The translations under genes and the position numbers were made by a program. The notes under the pieces were generated by a model, which was given only the letters and a program-made list of their open reading frames with translations, did no database searches and was not told the DNA's origin. A stretch of 63,872 bases of DNA, counting the filler, from Basidioascus undulatus (taxonomy: Eukaryota): the NCBI GenBank assembly GCA_000826855.1. It is 20 parts of 20 records of this genome, joined end to end, with 100 filler letters (N's around TTAATTAATTAA, not from the genome) between each part and the next. Parts side by side here need not be neighbours in the genome. Positions count along the whole stretch, not along the records: positions 51,055 to 53,120 come from JTLS01002957.1; positions 53,221 to 55,282 come from JTLS01002958.1; positions 55,383 to 57,441 come from JTLS01002959.1; positions 57,542 to 59,600 come from JTLS01002960.1; positions 59,701 to 61,717 come from JTLS01002961.1; 15 more parts are not named here. One strand, written 5' to 3'. Each line of letters opens with the position of its first letter. Within the stretch, counting starts at the first letter, position 1. This document shows, piece after piece, positions 51,055-61,717 of this stretch.

Positions 51055-53120
51055 CGCCCGCGCCCGCGCCCGCGCCTGCAATGGCGCCCAGCCGGTCGTC
51101 CGCGTCCAACGCCGCCCCCGCTGCGCCCGCGATGGCCGTCACGTCCAGCCAGGACAAGTCGACTCCTGCTGTTCCCGTGCGTTGGAGCTTTTCTTGGAGC
51201 TGGAGAGTAGAGAGGGAGGGGGGAGATGAGGAAGCGAGGTTGCTGATGAGGGATGAGGGATGGGATGGGGCGAACAGAAGCCGGCCAATGGAGACCCGCC
51301 TGTTCTGGGCGACTTCCGCGCGTTCGTCAACACGGAGAAGGAGCGCCTTAAGCAGCGCAAGTCCGCGCTGGCTAAGAAGGAGAAGAACACGACCGTCGCG
51401 GACCTGATCAAATTCGGGCAGAACTTCAAGGTGCGGTTCTTTTGTGGCTCGCGGAGGGGCTTCCCAACTGACTAGGCGGGCCGGCGCTTGCAGCTCAAGA
51501 CCGCCATGCCTGAAGACATTGCTTCCATCGTCGCGAAGGACGAGGCAAAGCAAAAGGAAATGATCGCGAAGACGGCCGCCGCCGCCGCCGCCGCCGCCGC
51601 CGCAACCACCTCGGCCTCCACCTCGGCCTCGGCCTTCACCTCCAAGTCGCCCCCCGCCGTGCAGTCCCCCGCGTCCACCTCGACCTCCCCGCTCGCAACC
51701 AAGTCCTCGCTTGCGCCGGGCCAGGGCCAGCAGGGCCCGAGCCACCCGCCGCGCTTCACCGCCGCCGCCGCCGCCGTGGGGGCGAAGCCCTTCATGCAGA
51801 TTGCGAAGATCCCGCCGTTCAACCCGGAGAAGGCGCGCGCGGCGCGCGAGGCCAAGGAGCGTGCGGAGAAGGAGAAGAAGGAGGGCGCGGGCGCGGGTGC
51901 GGATGCGGCGAGCCCTGCGCTCAGTCAGGCGAGCGTCGCGACTGGTATGGGGAGCGGTTTCAAGCTCAACGCTAAGGCGGCTGCGTTCTCGTTCAAGCCG
52001 AACCCGAACGCTTCATCGTTCACTCCTGTGCGTCTCGGCTTGAGGTCTTACCTGATAGGTCGGAATGACAGCTAAATGACATTGGGACGGTACAAGCAGG
52101 GCGCTGGCGGTGCTTCGCCCCAGGCCAAGCCGGCATCAGCGGTGAGTCGATATGCTTCAGTGTGATGAGATCTGTTGAGTATGCCGACGCGCGGAGGGTT
52201 TGGCTTTGTATAGCAGCAGCCCGCACCACCCCCCAACCCGTTCTTCGGCACGCGCCCGCTCAAAAAGGGCTCGTCGTCCCTGCACGTCAAGGAGGACTTC
52301 AACCCGTTCAAGCACTCGAATGTCCCCGAGGCGCACCTCGTCGGTCCGTCTTTGTCCTTCCTCCCCGCTTCCATCCCAATATCCCACCACCCCACCTTCT
52401 CCGACTACTTGGAGCTGACGGCCATGGTGTAGGTCCCGGCTGGCAGTTCTCGGGCCGACCGTACAAGCATCACTTCCCTCCTCACCCTTCGCACCCGCCG
52501 CCCGCCGCCTTCCCGCCGCACCATCAACCCGACTTTGCTTCGCCCGACGACCCCGCCGCGCACGCGGCCGTCCAGGCCGCTGCCGCGCAGGCGCAGGCCG
52601 TCGCTGCTGCCGCACAGCAGGGACAGTACTTCTACCGCTACCCCTTCCCTCCCGTGCGTCTCTCGTCCATCCGTCCCTCCACCTTATTCCGCTTTCCCTG
52701 CTTCTTTCTGTGCTGGTGCTGATGCAGGTAGGGAATCACAGGGTCAAGGCCCGCCGCACATGCACGCTGGTGCGCCACCCATGCCGCCTTACGGTATGGC
52801 CCCGCCTCCGCAGTTCATGCCTGGCCCGCCGCCGGGCCCGCACGGGCAGATGGCGTTTGCGCCCGGCCCGCCCCCGCCACAGATGCAGCACGGCCAGGGC
52901 GGGCCCCCGCCTCAGTTCATTCCCGCCATGGGCGGGATGCCTCCGCGTGCGTTTTTCTTCTTTGTCTTCCATGACTTTCTCGTAACAACTGGGGAGATGG
53001 AAGCTCATGTTGCGTGGAGGGATCGCTCAATCGACAGCCGGTCAGCAATTCATGCCCCCCACCCCCCAATCGCATTTCCAGCCCAACTGCTGGTGCTGTA
53101 CCCAAAAGACCAGCGCCGAC
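51055..53120 (+). CDS. PBP1: Pbp1 / ataxin-2 homolog, C-terminal fragment
   Basis: FRAFVNTEKERL..ADLIKFGQNFK|LKTAMPEDIASIVAKDEAKQKEM; PAM2-like FKLNAKAAAF..PNPNASSFTP; HVKEDFNPF; P/Q/M-rich tail. Confidence 0.85.
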
Positions 53121-53638
53121 NNNNNNNNNNNNNNNNNNNNNNNNNNNNNNNNNNNNNNNNNNNNTTAATTAATTAANNNNNNNNNNNNNNNNNNNNNNNN
53201 NNNNNNNNNNNNNNNNNNNNAGGGAGCGGACGGGGAGGCGGGAGGGGGTATCTTATCGCGTTGATACAGACGACGCGTGCGCTTCGCTGTCTCGAAGCAG
53301 GGCCGGGGGAATGGTGTTGATGCTTCAAATGACGAAAGGCAGGCGCAGGAGGGTCGGCAGGTGTGCATGCGACATGCAGGTTGCGATGTCATGCTGTAGG
53401 TACCCAAGCCTTTGGAGCACTCTGCTCCCCTTGCGCCCCAGTCGCTCAGTCCGACCTCGTTGCTGTGACTGTCATCGAAAGGCGCCGAGTGAAAGGCCAT
53501 TTGATTTCTGGATGTTAAAACACCTCATGCGATGCATCTTCGTCAGGAAATGGACTACCGTTCAATAATAGCAAGTACAACGGAACAAAAGAATGTCGAC
53601 AGTCCGCCACAACATCCGTCCATTCCATCGTCCTCCGC

Positions 53639-55160
53639 CTAAGCCGCCTGCGCCATAGCGTCCAGCAGCAGCTCCTCCGTCTCCCTCCACCCCCTCAGGT
53701 CGGGCATCTGCTCCTCGCCCAACCGGAGCCCCATCATCCTCGAAAAAGCGAGCGCCTGGTCCCTCCTCTCCCTCAGCGTCTCCACGGGTGTCCCCCCCAT
53801 CTTATCTTATTCCTATTCTCCAAGCTCTCCCGCGCCCCAAGCTCCAGCAGCGCACGACACGTCTCGACGCTCCCAGCGAAGGCAGCGACGTGCAAGGGGG
53901 TCTGCTCATTCTCGTCCGGCGACGTCAGCGCGCCGGGTGCGCCGCTGCGAGCTGTGCGAGCGCGCCGCGGTCCAGGGACGCAGAGGGGCAGGTGCGCGCG
54001 CCGATGTGCCGCCCAATGAACGTGTGGATCGGGTACCGCGCGAGGAGCTCGGCTTCGCTTGGGGGTGGGGCCGGTTCAAGGTCGGACGACGCGGGGAGAC
54101 TGCGCGCGGGGTGAAAGGACGAGCGAGGGAAGCAGAAATAGTTCGTTTGGCCGACGCGTCGAAAGCCGCGCTGTGTTTAACCAACACCCAAGACATGAGG
54201 AACTTCACGGGCAGCAAGGATCCAGCAGCGACTAGTACGTGCCTCCAGAAGTTCAGCAGCTTCCTCTTCTTCTCGTCCCACTTCTTCTCCCTCTCCTCCT
54301 TCCGCGCAGGGTCTTCTTTCTTCTTCTCATCGTCCCACGGCTCCTTGTCCAGCTGGGTATCAATATCCGGGTTCATCGGCATAGGCCAAGAGAGGAGTCA
54401 CTGCGTTCCCTAATCTCACCCGATGTCCCTTGTTAGAACGAGGCTCAGAGTCAGCAAATCCATGTCATGCGCGGTCGACGAACATGCGTCTCGGCGGCCT
54501 CGACGAGCTGCCGCACCGCCTCCGTCCCATATCCTTTTCCCCGGTTCTCCGGGCGCGGAACGAGCACCTCCTGGATGTAGCAGATCAGGCCGTCGTCGAG
54601 CTCGGGCCCGAACCTGCCCAGCTGGTGCTCCCGCTTGAGCTCGCCGTCCTCGCTGAACAGCGTGAACGCAAATCGGAGAGCTCCTCAGTTCAAAGTCACC
54701 CCATCGGATCAAGCATGAGCTGGACGGAAAGATCTTTACCTGAAAAAAATGAGGGACGCACCTGCGATTCTTCGTCCATTTCCATCAAAAAGTCTTCGCC
54801 AATAACATGGCGACTGGCCCCATCCCTTCATCAGCACCAGCGCACCCCACATTCACCCAGCTTGCCGACTCACTCGATAACATGCGCCCTAATCTCCGCG
54901 ATCTTCTCGCCCGTCTCCTGGTGCACAAGCGTGCCGATCAAAGGCTGCAGCCAGCCGCCCTCGCCGTCCGTCCGAATCGTCATCCTCCCACGCGTCCTCG
55001 TCGTCCTCTGCGTCTTCGGGCCCGTCCGGCTCATGCTAAATCGGCTCATCTCCAGCAGGGCCATTGAGAGCCCATTTGAGGTCTGAAGTGTGAGTGTAGA
55101 GGGGGTGAAGGAGGGATGGGCGACCAGGGAGAAAACGAGAGCGAGCGGATTCATAGTTGC
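53639..55160 (-). pseudogene. GNAT-fold acetyltransferase + ankyrin repeat gene with stops and frameshifts
   Basis: ICYIQEVLVPRPENRGKGYGTEAV (GNAT motif A), LLNFWR|RGFRRVGQTNYF and QTPLHVAAFAGSVETCRALLELGA (ankyrin). Disabled by in-frame TGA (GTQ*LLSWP) and frame changes near 54670, 54055 and 53800. Confidence 0.65.
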
Positions 55161-55251
55161 AGCGGGCTGCAGCGGATGCAAAAATGGACGCTGATGCATT
55201 GCAGTCGTCGCCGTACAAAGGGCTCGCACTGTTTTACGTTCTTTCTTTCTT

Positions 55252-55282
<31 letters not shown>

Positions 55283-55382
55283 NNNNNNNNNNNNNNNNNN
55301 NNNNNNNNNNNNNNNNNNNNNNNNNNTTAATTAATTAANNNNNNNNNNNNNNNNNNNNNNNNNNNNNNNNNNNNNNNNNNNN

Positions 55383-55613
55383 CTCCCCGCCACCGCATCC
55401 CCCACTTCCGCCTGCTCACCCCTCCCGCCCGTGCCCGTAAAGCGCCTGCCCCCCGCACCTGGCGCGCCCACACGACAGTCCACGCTCGACCTCGACGGCG
55501 CGTCGGACGAGCCTCCGCCGCCGTACACGCCTTACGAGGAGGCAGGGGCGGAAGGTGCTGCGGCGGAAGAGGAAGTGAGCGGGAGGAAGCCGCTGCCCAC
55601 CCCGCCTGCTTGA
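55383..55613 (+). CDS. C-terminal fragment of unknown protein with PPxY motif
   Basis: High-GC3 frame ending DEPPPPYTPYEE..LPTPPA* at 55613. Confidence 0.4.
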   Translation, partial: LPATASPTSACSPLPPVPVKRLPPAPGAPTRQSTLDLDGASDEPPPPYTPYEEAGAEGAAAEEEVSGRKPLPTPPA

Positions 55614-56101
55614 GGCCCGGCAATTGGGCAGGAGTAGGGAGATTTATTTGTACCTACTGGCATATACTCAAGGCACCGCGACTCTCCCTGCGTTCTGTCT
55701 CGTCCCGCGTGTGCTCAATGACCTTGCGGTACACCAGCTGTAGTGTTCCATCGTGCTCAGATCAAAGTCGAGTCTCTTTTAGTTCGCTCGCAGCGCTGCA
55801 GCCAGTGCACACCACCTTGTCCGTACGCATCTGCTCGCGCTCTTCCAGTGGTGGATCAAGTCAGCGGTCAACGACAGCTTCGGCTGTAAGAGATTGGGAA
55901 GACAGTTGTTCGCGGTCAGGCAGCCCAAGGCTGCCAGCATCTTGATGGTAGAGTGTCTACCTCATCCTTGCTCGACTCTCCAAACGCTCTCAAGACTTTG
56001 AATGTCAAAGCCAGCACGCCTCATCGCCCTCTCGTATCAGACACCGTCGGGGAACCGACAGACATCCGCAGAATTATCATCCGTTGAAGCCATCCAATAA
56101 T

Positions 56102-57441
56102 CTATACATCCTCCGACTGCATCACCACCCCATTCCACCGGACCGCCCTCTTCCCCCAATGCTCATCCCCCGCAATAAAGTCCGGTCTGACAATCTTCGC
56201 ACGTTCTCTAACCCATCCGTCCGCCTCCCACCGCACCACAACGCCCTCCAGCCGGCCCTCCACAAACTTCGACGTCCCGTGCGTCGCCATGTGTTCGAGC
56301 TCCGCGCGCGCGGGCAGGGTGATCCCCTCGTACAGTACCGGAACGAGCGAGAGCCCACTGCCTTCGAGCGCCTGAGCGAGCCGCTCGCGCGAGACGAAGC
56401 GCCCGGCGTGCCGGTCGTAGAGGTCGAACGCGAGGAAGCGGTCCGGGAGAGAAGTGTAAGCTATGGAGTGCGTCGCGCTGAGCCACTCGCCGAAGAGGAT
56501 GAGCCGGTCGGGGAAGAGCGAGTCGTCGGGATTGTTGGTTGCGTGGGTCGAAGATTTGGGGGACGATGACGAGGGAGGGAGAGTCAAGCCGGAGAGGATG
56601 CGGGTGAGCGCGGCCGAGTGACGTGAGAGCCAATTGAGGAGATGCTTGAACTGAGTGGCTGATGACGAATGGACGTAGTGCGAGCGGTTTTGGACGAGGA
56701 TCTCGAGCGAGGGGGAAAGGGAGAGCCCGATATTCGCGCCGTCAACCTGCGTGTGTGGGGAAAGTGAATGTCAGAAGGCCGAATGAGAAGATAGGGCAGC
56801 AATTCGAGGAGTCGGTGAGACGCACCTTCTCCTGGATCACCACCGTTGAAGGACGATTGCCTGGTGAGCAAGGCAACTTAACCTCGACATCCGCAGCAGA
56901 CCAGACCAGGTCATCGCGCGTCGCAGAACCAAGGTTGAGCAAGTGGGAAGTTCTATTGACGGCGCGGATGAGCGTTCAGCGTCAGCTTCAGACGGCTTCC
57001 CCTCTTCACCAGAACCAAAGGACAACCGAGGAACGCACCTGGGGAACCTGAAGAACGGCAGTTCGCCCGCCTTTCCCAAAGCGCGTATGAGCACCCTCGT
57101 CTGGTCCCTCGACCGCACCCGAAACACCGCCTTGAACCCCTCCTTGACCTCAGGGGGTTCCAGCGCCTTCGCAAAGGAGCGCACAGCGGCCGCCGCGCGT
57201 GCAGGTGGGAGGGTGGAGTGTCCCCTCCGCCGCTTGACGCGCGCTTCGCACAGTTCGGGCGCGTAGTCGAAGAAGACCGCGAGGGCGCGGGACGGGTTGA
57301 ACGCGAGCGCGAGGAACGCCGCGCGGTCGGAGGACGTCACATTGGCGCGGTCGAGGAGGATTGTGCGGTGCTTCGCCGAGGAGGCGGCGGCGGCGTGGCC
57401 GACGGCGGCCTCGATCGCGGATCGCGAGCCGCCCGCGTCGT
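56102..57441 (-). CDS. P-loop (PNK/AAA_33-like) kinase + ATP-dependent RNA ligase fusion, 5'-partial, 2 introns
   Basis: Kinase part: TILLDRANVTSSDR..AVFFD..LCEARV..R.GH..LEPP..EGF. Ligase part: FPRTSHL; motif I QEK|VDGANIG; QNRSHYV; LFGEW; FLAFDLYD; EGVVVR; RAKIVRPDF. Introns 56953-57038 and 56747-56825. Confidence 0.88.
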
Positions 57442-57541
57442 NNNNNNNNNNNNNNNNNNNNNNNNNNNNNNNNNNNNNNNNNNNNTTAATTAATTAANNN
57501 NNNNNNNNNNNNNNNNNNNNNNNNNNNNNNNNNNNNNNNNN

Positions 57542-57857
57542 GCCCCTCCTGTTCCCCTCCGCACCCCCCTCCGCCGCGTCCGAGGCCGACCTCCCCCCGC
57601 CCATCCGGCAGCTGCCCAATGTGCAGCTCACGGAGGCCCAGCAGGACGAGATCCGCGCGCTCCGCGCCCAGGGCGTCGGCCGCAATGAGCTCGCGCGGAG
57701 GTTCGGGTGCACCCCCACTTTCGTGAGCAGGCTTGCGCCTAAAGGGAAGGAGGCGAAGGTGGAGCATGAGCGAAGGATGCAGGAGATCCGGGACGGGTGG
57801 GGGTGGAACAAGCAGATTTCTAGGGAGGAAAGGGCGAAGAGGAAGACGTTCTGGTAA
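57542..57857 (+). CDS. MRPL20: Mitochondrial ribosomal protein L20 (mL58), 5'-partial
   Basis: LPPP..QLTEAQQDEIRALR..RNELARRFGCTPTFV..WGWNKQISREERAKRKTFW*. Confidence 0.8.
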
Positions 57858-58346
57858 ACGTTTGGCGGGCGGCGTGGGACGGTGGGAGGTGCAGCGGATT
57901 GCGGGAAGGAGAGTGAGGAGGATGGGAGAGTGCACTGGGGGACTGGAGGAGGCGGGGCATGGACGCATCGCATCGCACGTTCTCGGGTTGGCAGATGCAC
58001 TGGACAGGCCTACCCAACACTCTCTTGCTATTGTGTCTGAGAGTGCCAATCTTGTGACTGAACGTCTTCGACTTACTGGTCGGTTTCCAAAGGGTCGGGT
58101 GAACAATAGAGCCTTGTGAACCGCTCACACGAGCACCACGCCCGAACGAGTTGTTCAGCGGGCCTCAGCGCTTTGGCGGTGAACAACGCAAGTAGCTTCA
58201 GTTAAAAGAGACCTCCACGGTGTTAAGAAGTATTAGTTGTATTGCCGTGTCTGGTGAGGCGGTAGCGAGCGAACTGAGAAAAGACAACTGATCCGGGAAG
58301 ACGAGAATCCAGGAAAGCGAGAACATCGAATATCCATCCTGGCGCC

Positions 58347-58907
58347 TCACGCCTTCTCCCCCTCCTCTTTCTTCCCCTGCGCAAGGCCCTCCCGCTCCTC
58401 CACCTCCCTCACAAGCTCCCACCCGGGCGCACCACCCGCATCCGTCCCATACAGCGCGTCCCTGACGGCCCTCTCGCGCTCGCTCATGCCCTCAAGCGCA
58501 ACGTTCCCGAACCTACCCGTCCACTGGAGCTCCTCGCCCTCCGCGTCTAGCTCCGCGCGCCCGTCGGCGATGACGGCGCTCGGGCGGAGGAGCGCGCGCG
58601 CGGCGGCGGCGTCGGGCGTGTGTGCCGGGCGGACGGTCGGGTACTCGAGGTTGTGCGGTGGGCGCGGGTGCATCCGCGTAAGCGTCTCGTCGATGTGGGT
58701 CGAGAGACGCTGCGGGGAGATGAAGGACGGCGTGAGGTGGTAGAGCGAGACGAGCGTGCGGAGGAGCGAGTCGGAAGGAGGGGCCGTCACGGTCGTGGCC
58801 GTGAAGCGCGGGGTGCGGGCGGACTTGGTGGACTTGCTCCGGGTGAGGGAGGCGACGAGGGAGGAGGAAGAGAGCTTGGAGCGAGTAGAGCGCGCGATGG
58901 ACGCCAT
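58347..58907 (-). CDS. Hypothetical protein with mitochondrial-presequence-like N-terminus
   Basis: Single open frame from ATG 58907 (MASIARSTRSKLSS.., R/S/T-rich, no acidic residues); LVSLYH..FISP..L..HID and RERAVRDALYG blocks; high GC3. Confidence 0.6.
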   Translation of the reverse strand: MASIARSTRSKLSSSSLVASLTRSKSTKSARTPRFTATTVTAPPSDSLLRTLVSLYHLTPSFISPQRLSTHIDETLTRMHPRPPHNLEYPTVRPAHTPDAAAARALLRPSAVIADGRAELDAEGEELQWTGRFGNVALEGMSERERAVRDALYGTDAGGAPGWELVREVEEREGLAQGKKEEGEKA

Positions 58908-59226
58908 GATGGAAGCTGTGGGGCTAAGGATGAGCCTGGACGGGCTCGGACCTGGCGAGGGAGAAGACGCACCTCCAGCTCGTCTGACCATGGAAAGAAT
59001 CCGATCAGAAAGGAACAGCCGGACCGTCAGAAAGCTACTGTATAAAGGGTATCAGACGTAGCCCAACCCTCAGTTACTCGATAGCGTCTTACGGGAACCG
59101 GAAACGAAAGCGAGAGGCGACGAGATGGGCGTGAAGGAAGAAGACGGACTGGTCTTCTCGCGCGCGAAACCCTCCTGCCTTGCTTGCCCTCGGACGCTCG
59201 TCTTCATCGCACCCCCTCGCCCCGCC

Positions 59227-59600
59227 ATGGCTACCGCACGATCAGCGCCTTCCTTTCTTGCACCCCTCCGCCAGGCGGTTGCCGCGCCCAAGGCGTCTAC
59301 GTCTGCCGAGGTTGTCGCTGGGAAGCGGTGGGCGTCGTACAAGCCTGTGTCGGGTGAGTTGCGCTTCCTCTTCTTCGAGACCTCGGGCGGTCTTCTCCCT
59401 TCGCCTCGAGCCTCTGTCGGCGCCCATAAGCCCAAGGCTCCGGAGTGTCCTCTCGCTGCATGACTCCCTTACGCGTGCTCCGTCGATTCCTTTCGCCCAA
59501 GTTGACGCTCCCTCCCCCTCCCCCAGCCTCCCCCAAGCCCTCCCCCTTCGCCCCCCCCGCCCTCATCCCCGACGTCTCCGCCTCCGCGATCGCCCCCGCC
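59227..59600 (+). CDS. N-terminal fragment, mitochondrial-presequence-like
   Basis: MATARSAPSFLAPLRQAVAAPKA..GKRWASY then a GTGAGT donor; cut by contig end. Confidence 0.45.
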
Positions 59601-59700
59601 NNNNNNNNNNNNNNNNNNNNNNNNNNNNNNNNNNNNNNNNNNNNTTAATTAATTAANNNNNNNNNNNNNNNNNNNNNNNNNNNNNNNNNNNNNNNNNNNN

Positions 59701-61717
59701 GGCCTTGGGCGGGGAGGGAGCGGCAGGCGGACCGCCGAAGACGGACCGTAAGCCACCTTGAGCGGCGAGTCTGGCCGTGATACGCGCGCGACGCTCAGCA
59801 TCGGTCTCCTCCGCCGGCGGCTCTTCCGCCGCCTTCCGCTCTTCGGAGCTATCTCCTTCCGTCCTGGCGCCCTTTGCAGCGGGTGGACTGACGGTCTCCT
59901 CGCCAGCTCCGCCTTGGACGTCAGTCTCGGTCTCGTTCTCGGTCTCCGTCACCTCGCGAGTATCAGGAAGGGGCGGCGGCTTCTTGCCAGGAAGAGGCGG
60001 TGGCGGACCGAAACGGAATCCTCCGGCGCCAGCGAGACGCGCCATGCGCTCGGCGATAGTCTGCTTGCGTGTGCGTTCCACGGCTTCCTCGTCGTTCTCC
60101 TCCTGCTCCTCCCGCAGAGGCGCGGAGGCGGCGGTCGATGGTGCCGGCGACTGGGGTTCTGGAGATCGAAGGAGCGGAAAGGCAATGTGAGTCCAATGGA
60201 CCACGTTTGTCCAAACAGGCCAACTTACCTTCCTCCGCTTCCTTCTCGTCTGCAGGCAAGGAAGGCTCTGGCTCCTTCGCAAGCTCGGCAGGCGCAGGAG
60301 GAGGCGGCACCGCGCGCGGTGGCGGAGGGCGGCTGGTCGGACGCGGCGGGGGCGGCGGTGCTTCGGCCTCGTCGTTCTCCTCCTCATGCTCAGCCTGTTC
60401 GACCTGCTCTGGACGGCCCGATGCTGGCGCAAGCGGCACGGACCGCGCCGGCGGAGCCTGACCGGTCGAAGGCGAAAGCGGTGATGCTTCAGACTCGCTC
60501 TCGACAGACGCACCGTGCACGGCTTCGATATCCTCGTCGCTGTTTTCGTCGCGGATCGCGGATGCTGGCGGCGGCGGCGGTGGCGGAGCAGCGTGCCGCG
60601 GCGGCGGCGGGTGCGAAGACGGACGAGGCGGCGGAGGAGGCGCTTCCTCGGCCACGACATCGGACTTGGACGGTGGGGACTGCGGCGCGACGATCTCCTC
60701 GGCCGGCTCGACGTCGTCATGTGCAACATGTTCCTCCGCCAATTGACCATGCTCGATCTCCTCGATGGGCGTGACGGACTCTTCCGCGGCGGGCGAGGCC
60801 TGCGAAGCGCCCGGGTTGCGGCTGGTGTGCGGGAGAGGCGGCGGCGCGAAAGCTTTGGGATCGTCATGCTCGATGGGACTCGATGAGCCCGCGGGGAGCG
60901 ACTGGACGGGATACTCCTCTCGCGCGCGCCCCTCGCCTACATCGCGCAATGCCCTAGGCGACGGCCTGGAAGGGCGAAACGCGGGCACGGGCGGAATGGG
61001 ACGGAATCCGCCCATGCTGACGCCACCTTGCTTGCGGAGGCGCTCGGCAATCCTCGCGCGACGCGCAGCGTCGTCCTCTTCCTCGGCTGGCGCCTCCACC
61101 GGCTCGTCGCCGACGGGTTCCGTCGAATCCTTGGCCCCAGACGGGTCGACATGCTCGACTGTCGATGATTGCTCAGGTGCAGGAGAGGTTTCTAAAATAG
61201 AAAAGTCAGCGACGTTTCTCGACGAGCTCACACAATGTTGACACTCACCGGGCTCCGCAACGGCCGCAGGTTGCTCGTCATCCAGAGGGATATCAGTCGC
61301 GTCGCCCTGCTGTGGCTCCTCCTCGTGCGAAGAGCCGTGGGCTTGCTCGAGTGGGACGGGCGGGGCGCGACACGGCGGCAAAGAAGCGCGCTTGGACGGA
61401 GCATCCTTCTCCTCGCTCTTGGCCGGCTGCTCCTCGGCGGGGCCCGCGTCACTCAGAGCGGAGTCGTCGGCGGGCGCAGGCTCCTCCCGAGTCGCTGGTG
61501 CGGGAGGCGGCTCTGAAGGAGGGACCTTGAAAGGAGCGGGAACGGTGCGCGGCGGTGGGGCGGGCGGCATCGGGCCAAAGCCGCCGATGCGGAGACCGCC
61601 TTGCTTGCTGAGTCGCTCGGCGATGGCTGCGCGACGAACAGCTTCAGCTTGCTCCTCCGACGGCTCATCGAAGGGCTCCTCTGCCGGCGGCGGGTGGACA
61701 GGCTCGTCTCCTAGCGG
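59701..61717 (-). CDS. Bbc1/Mti1-like Pro/Glu-rich actin-patch protein, internal fragment
   Basis: Polyproline tracts and a recurring EEE..RRA.IAER(M/L).K.GG motif, as seen in Bbc1-type proteins; two introns (~60160-60227, ~61194-61248). Confidence 0.6.

Noticed and set aside
56102..56950. Calling the ligase a DNA ligase or Trl1
   Set aside because: No OB-fold after motif V, and the kinase lies N-terminal to the ligase, unlike either enzyme.
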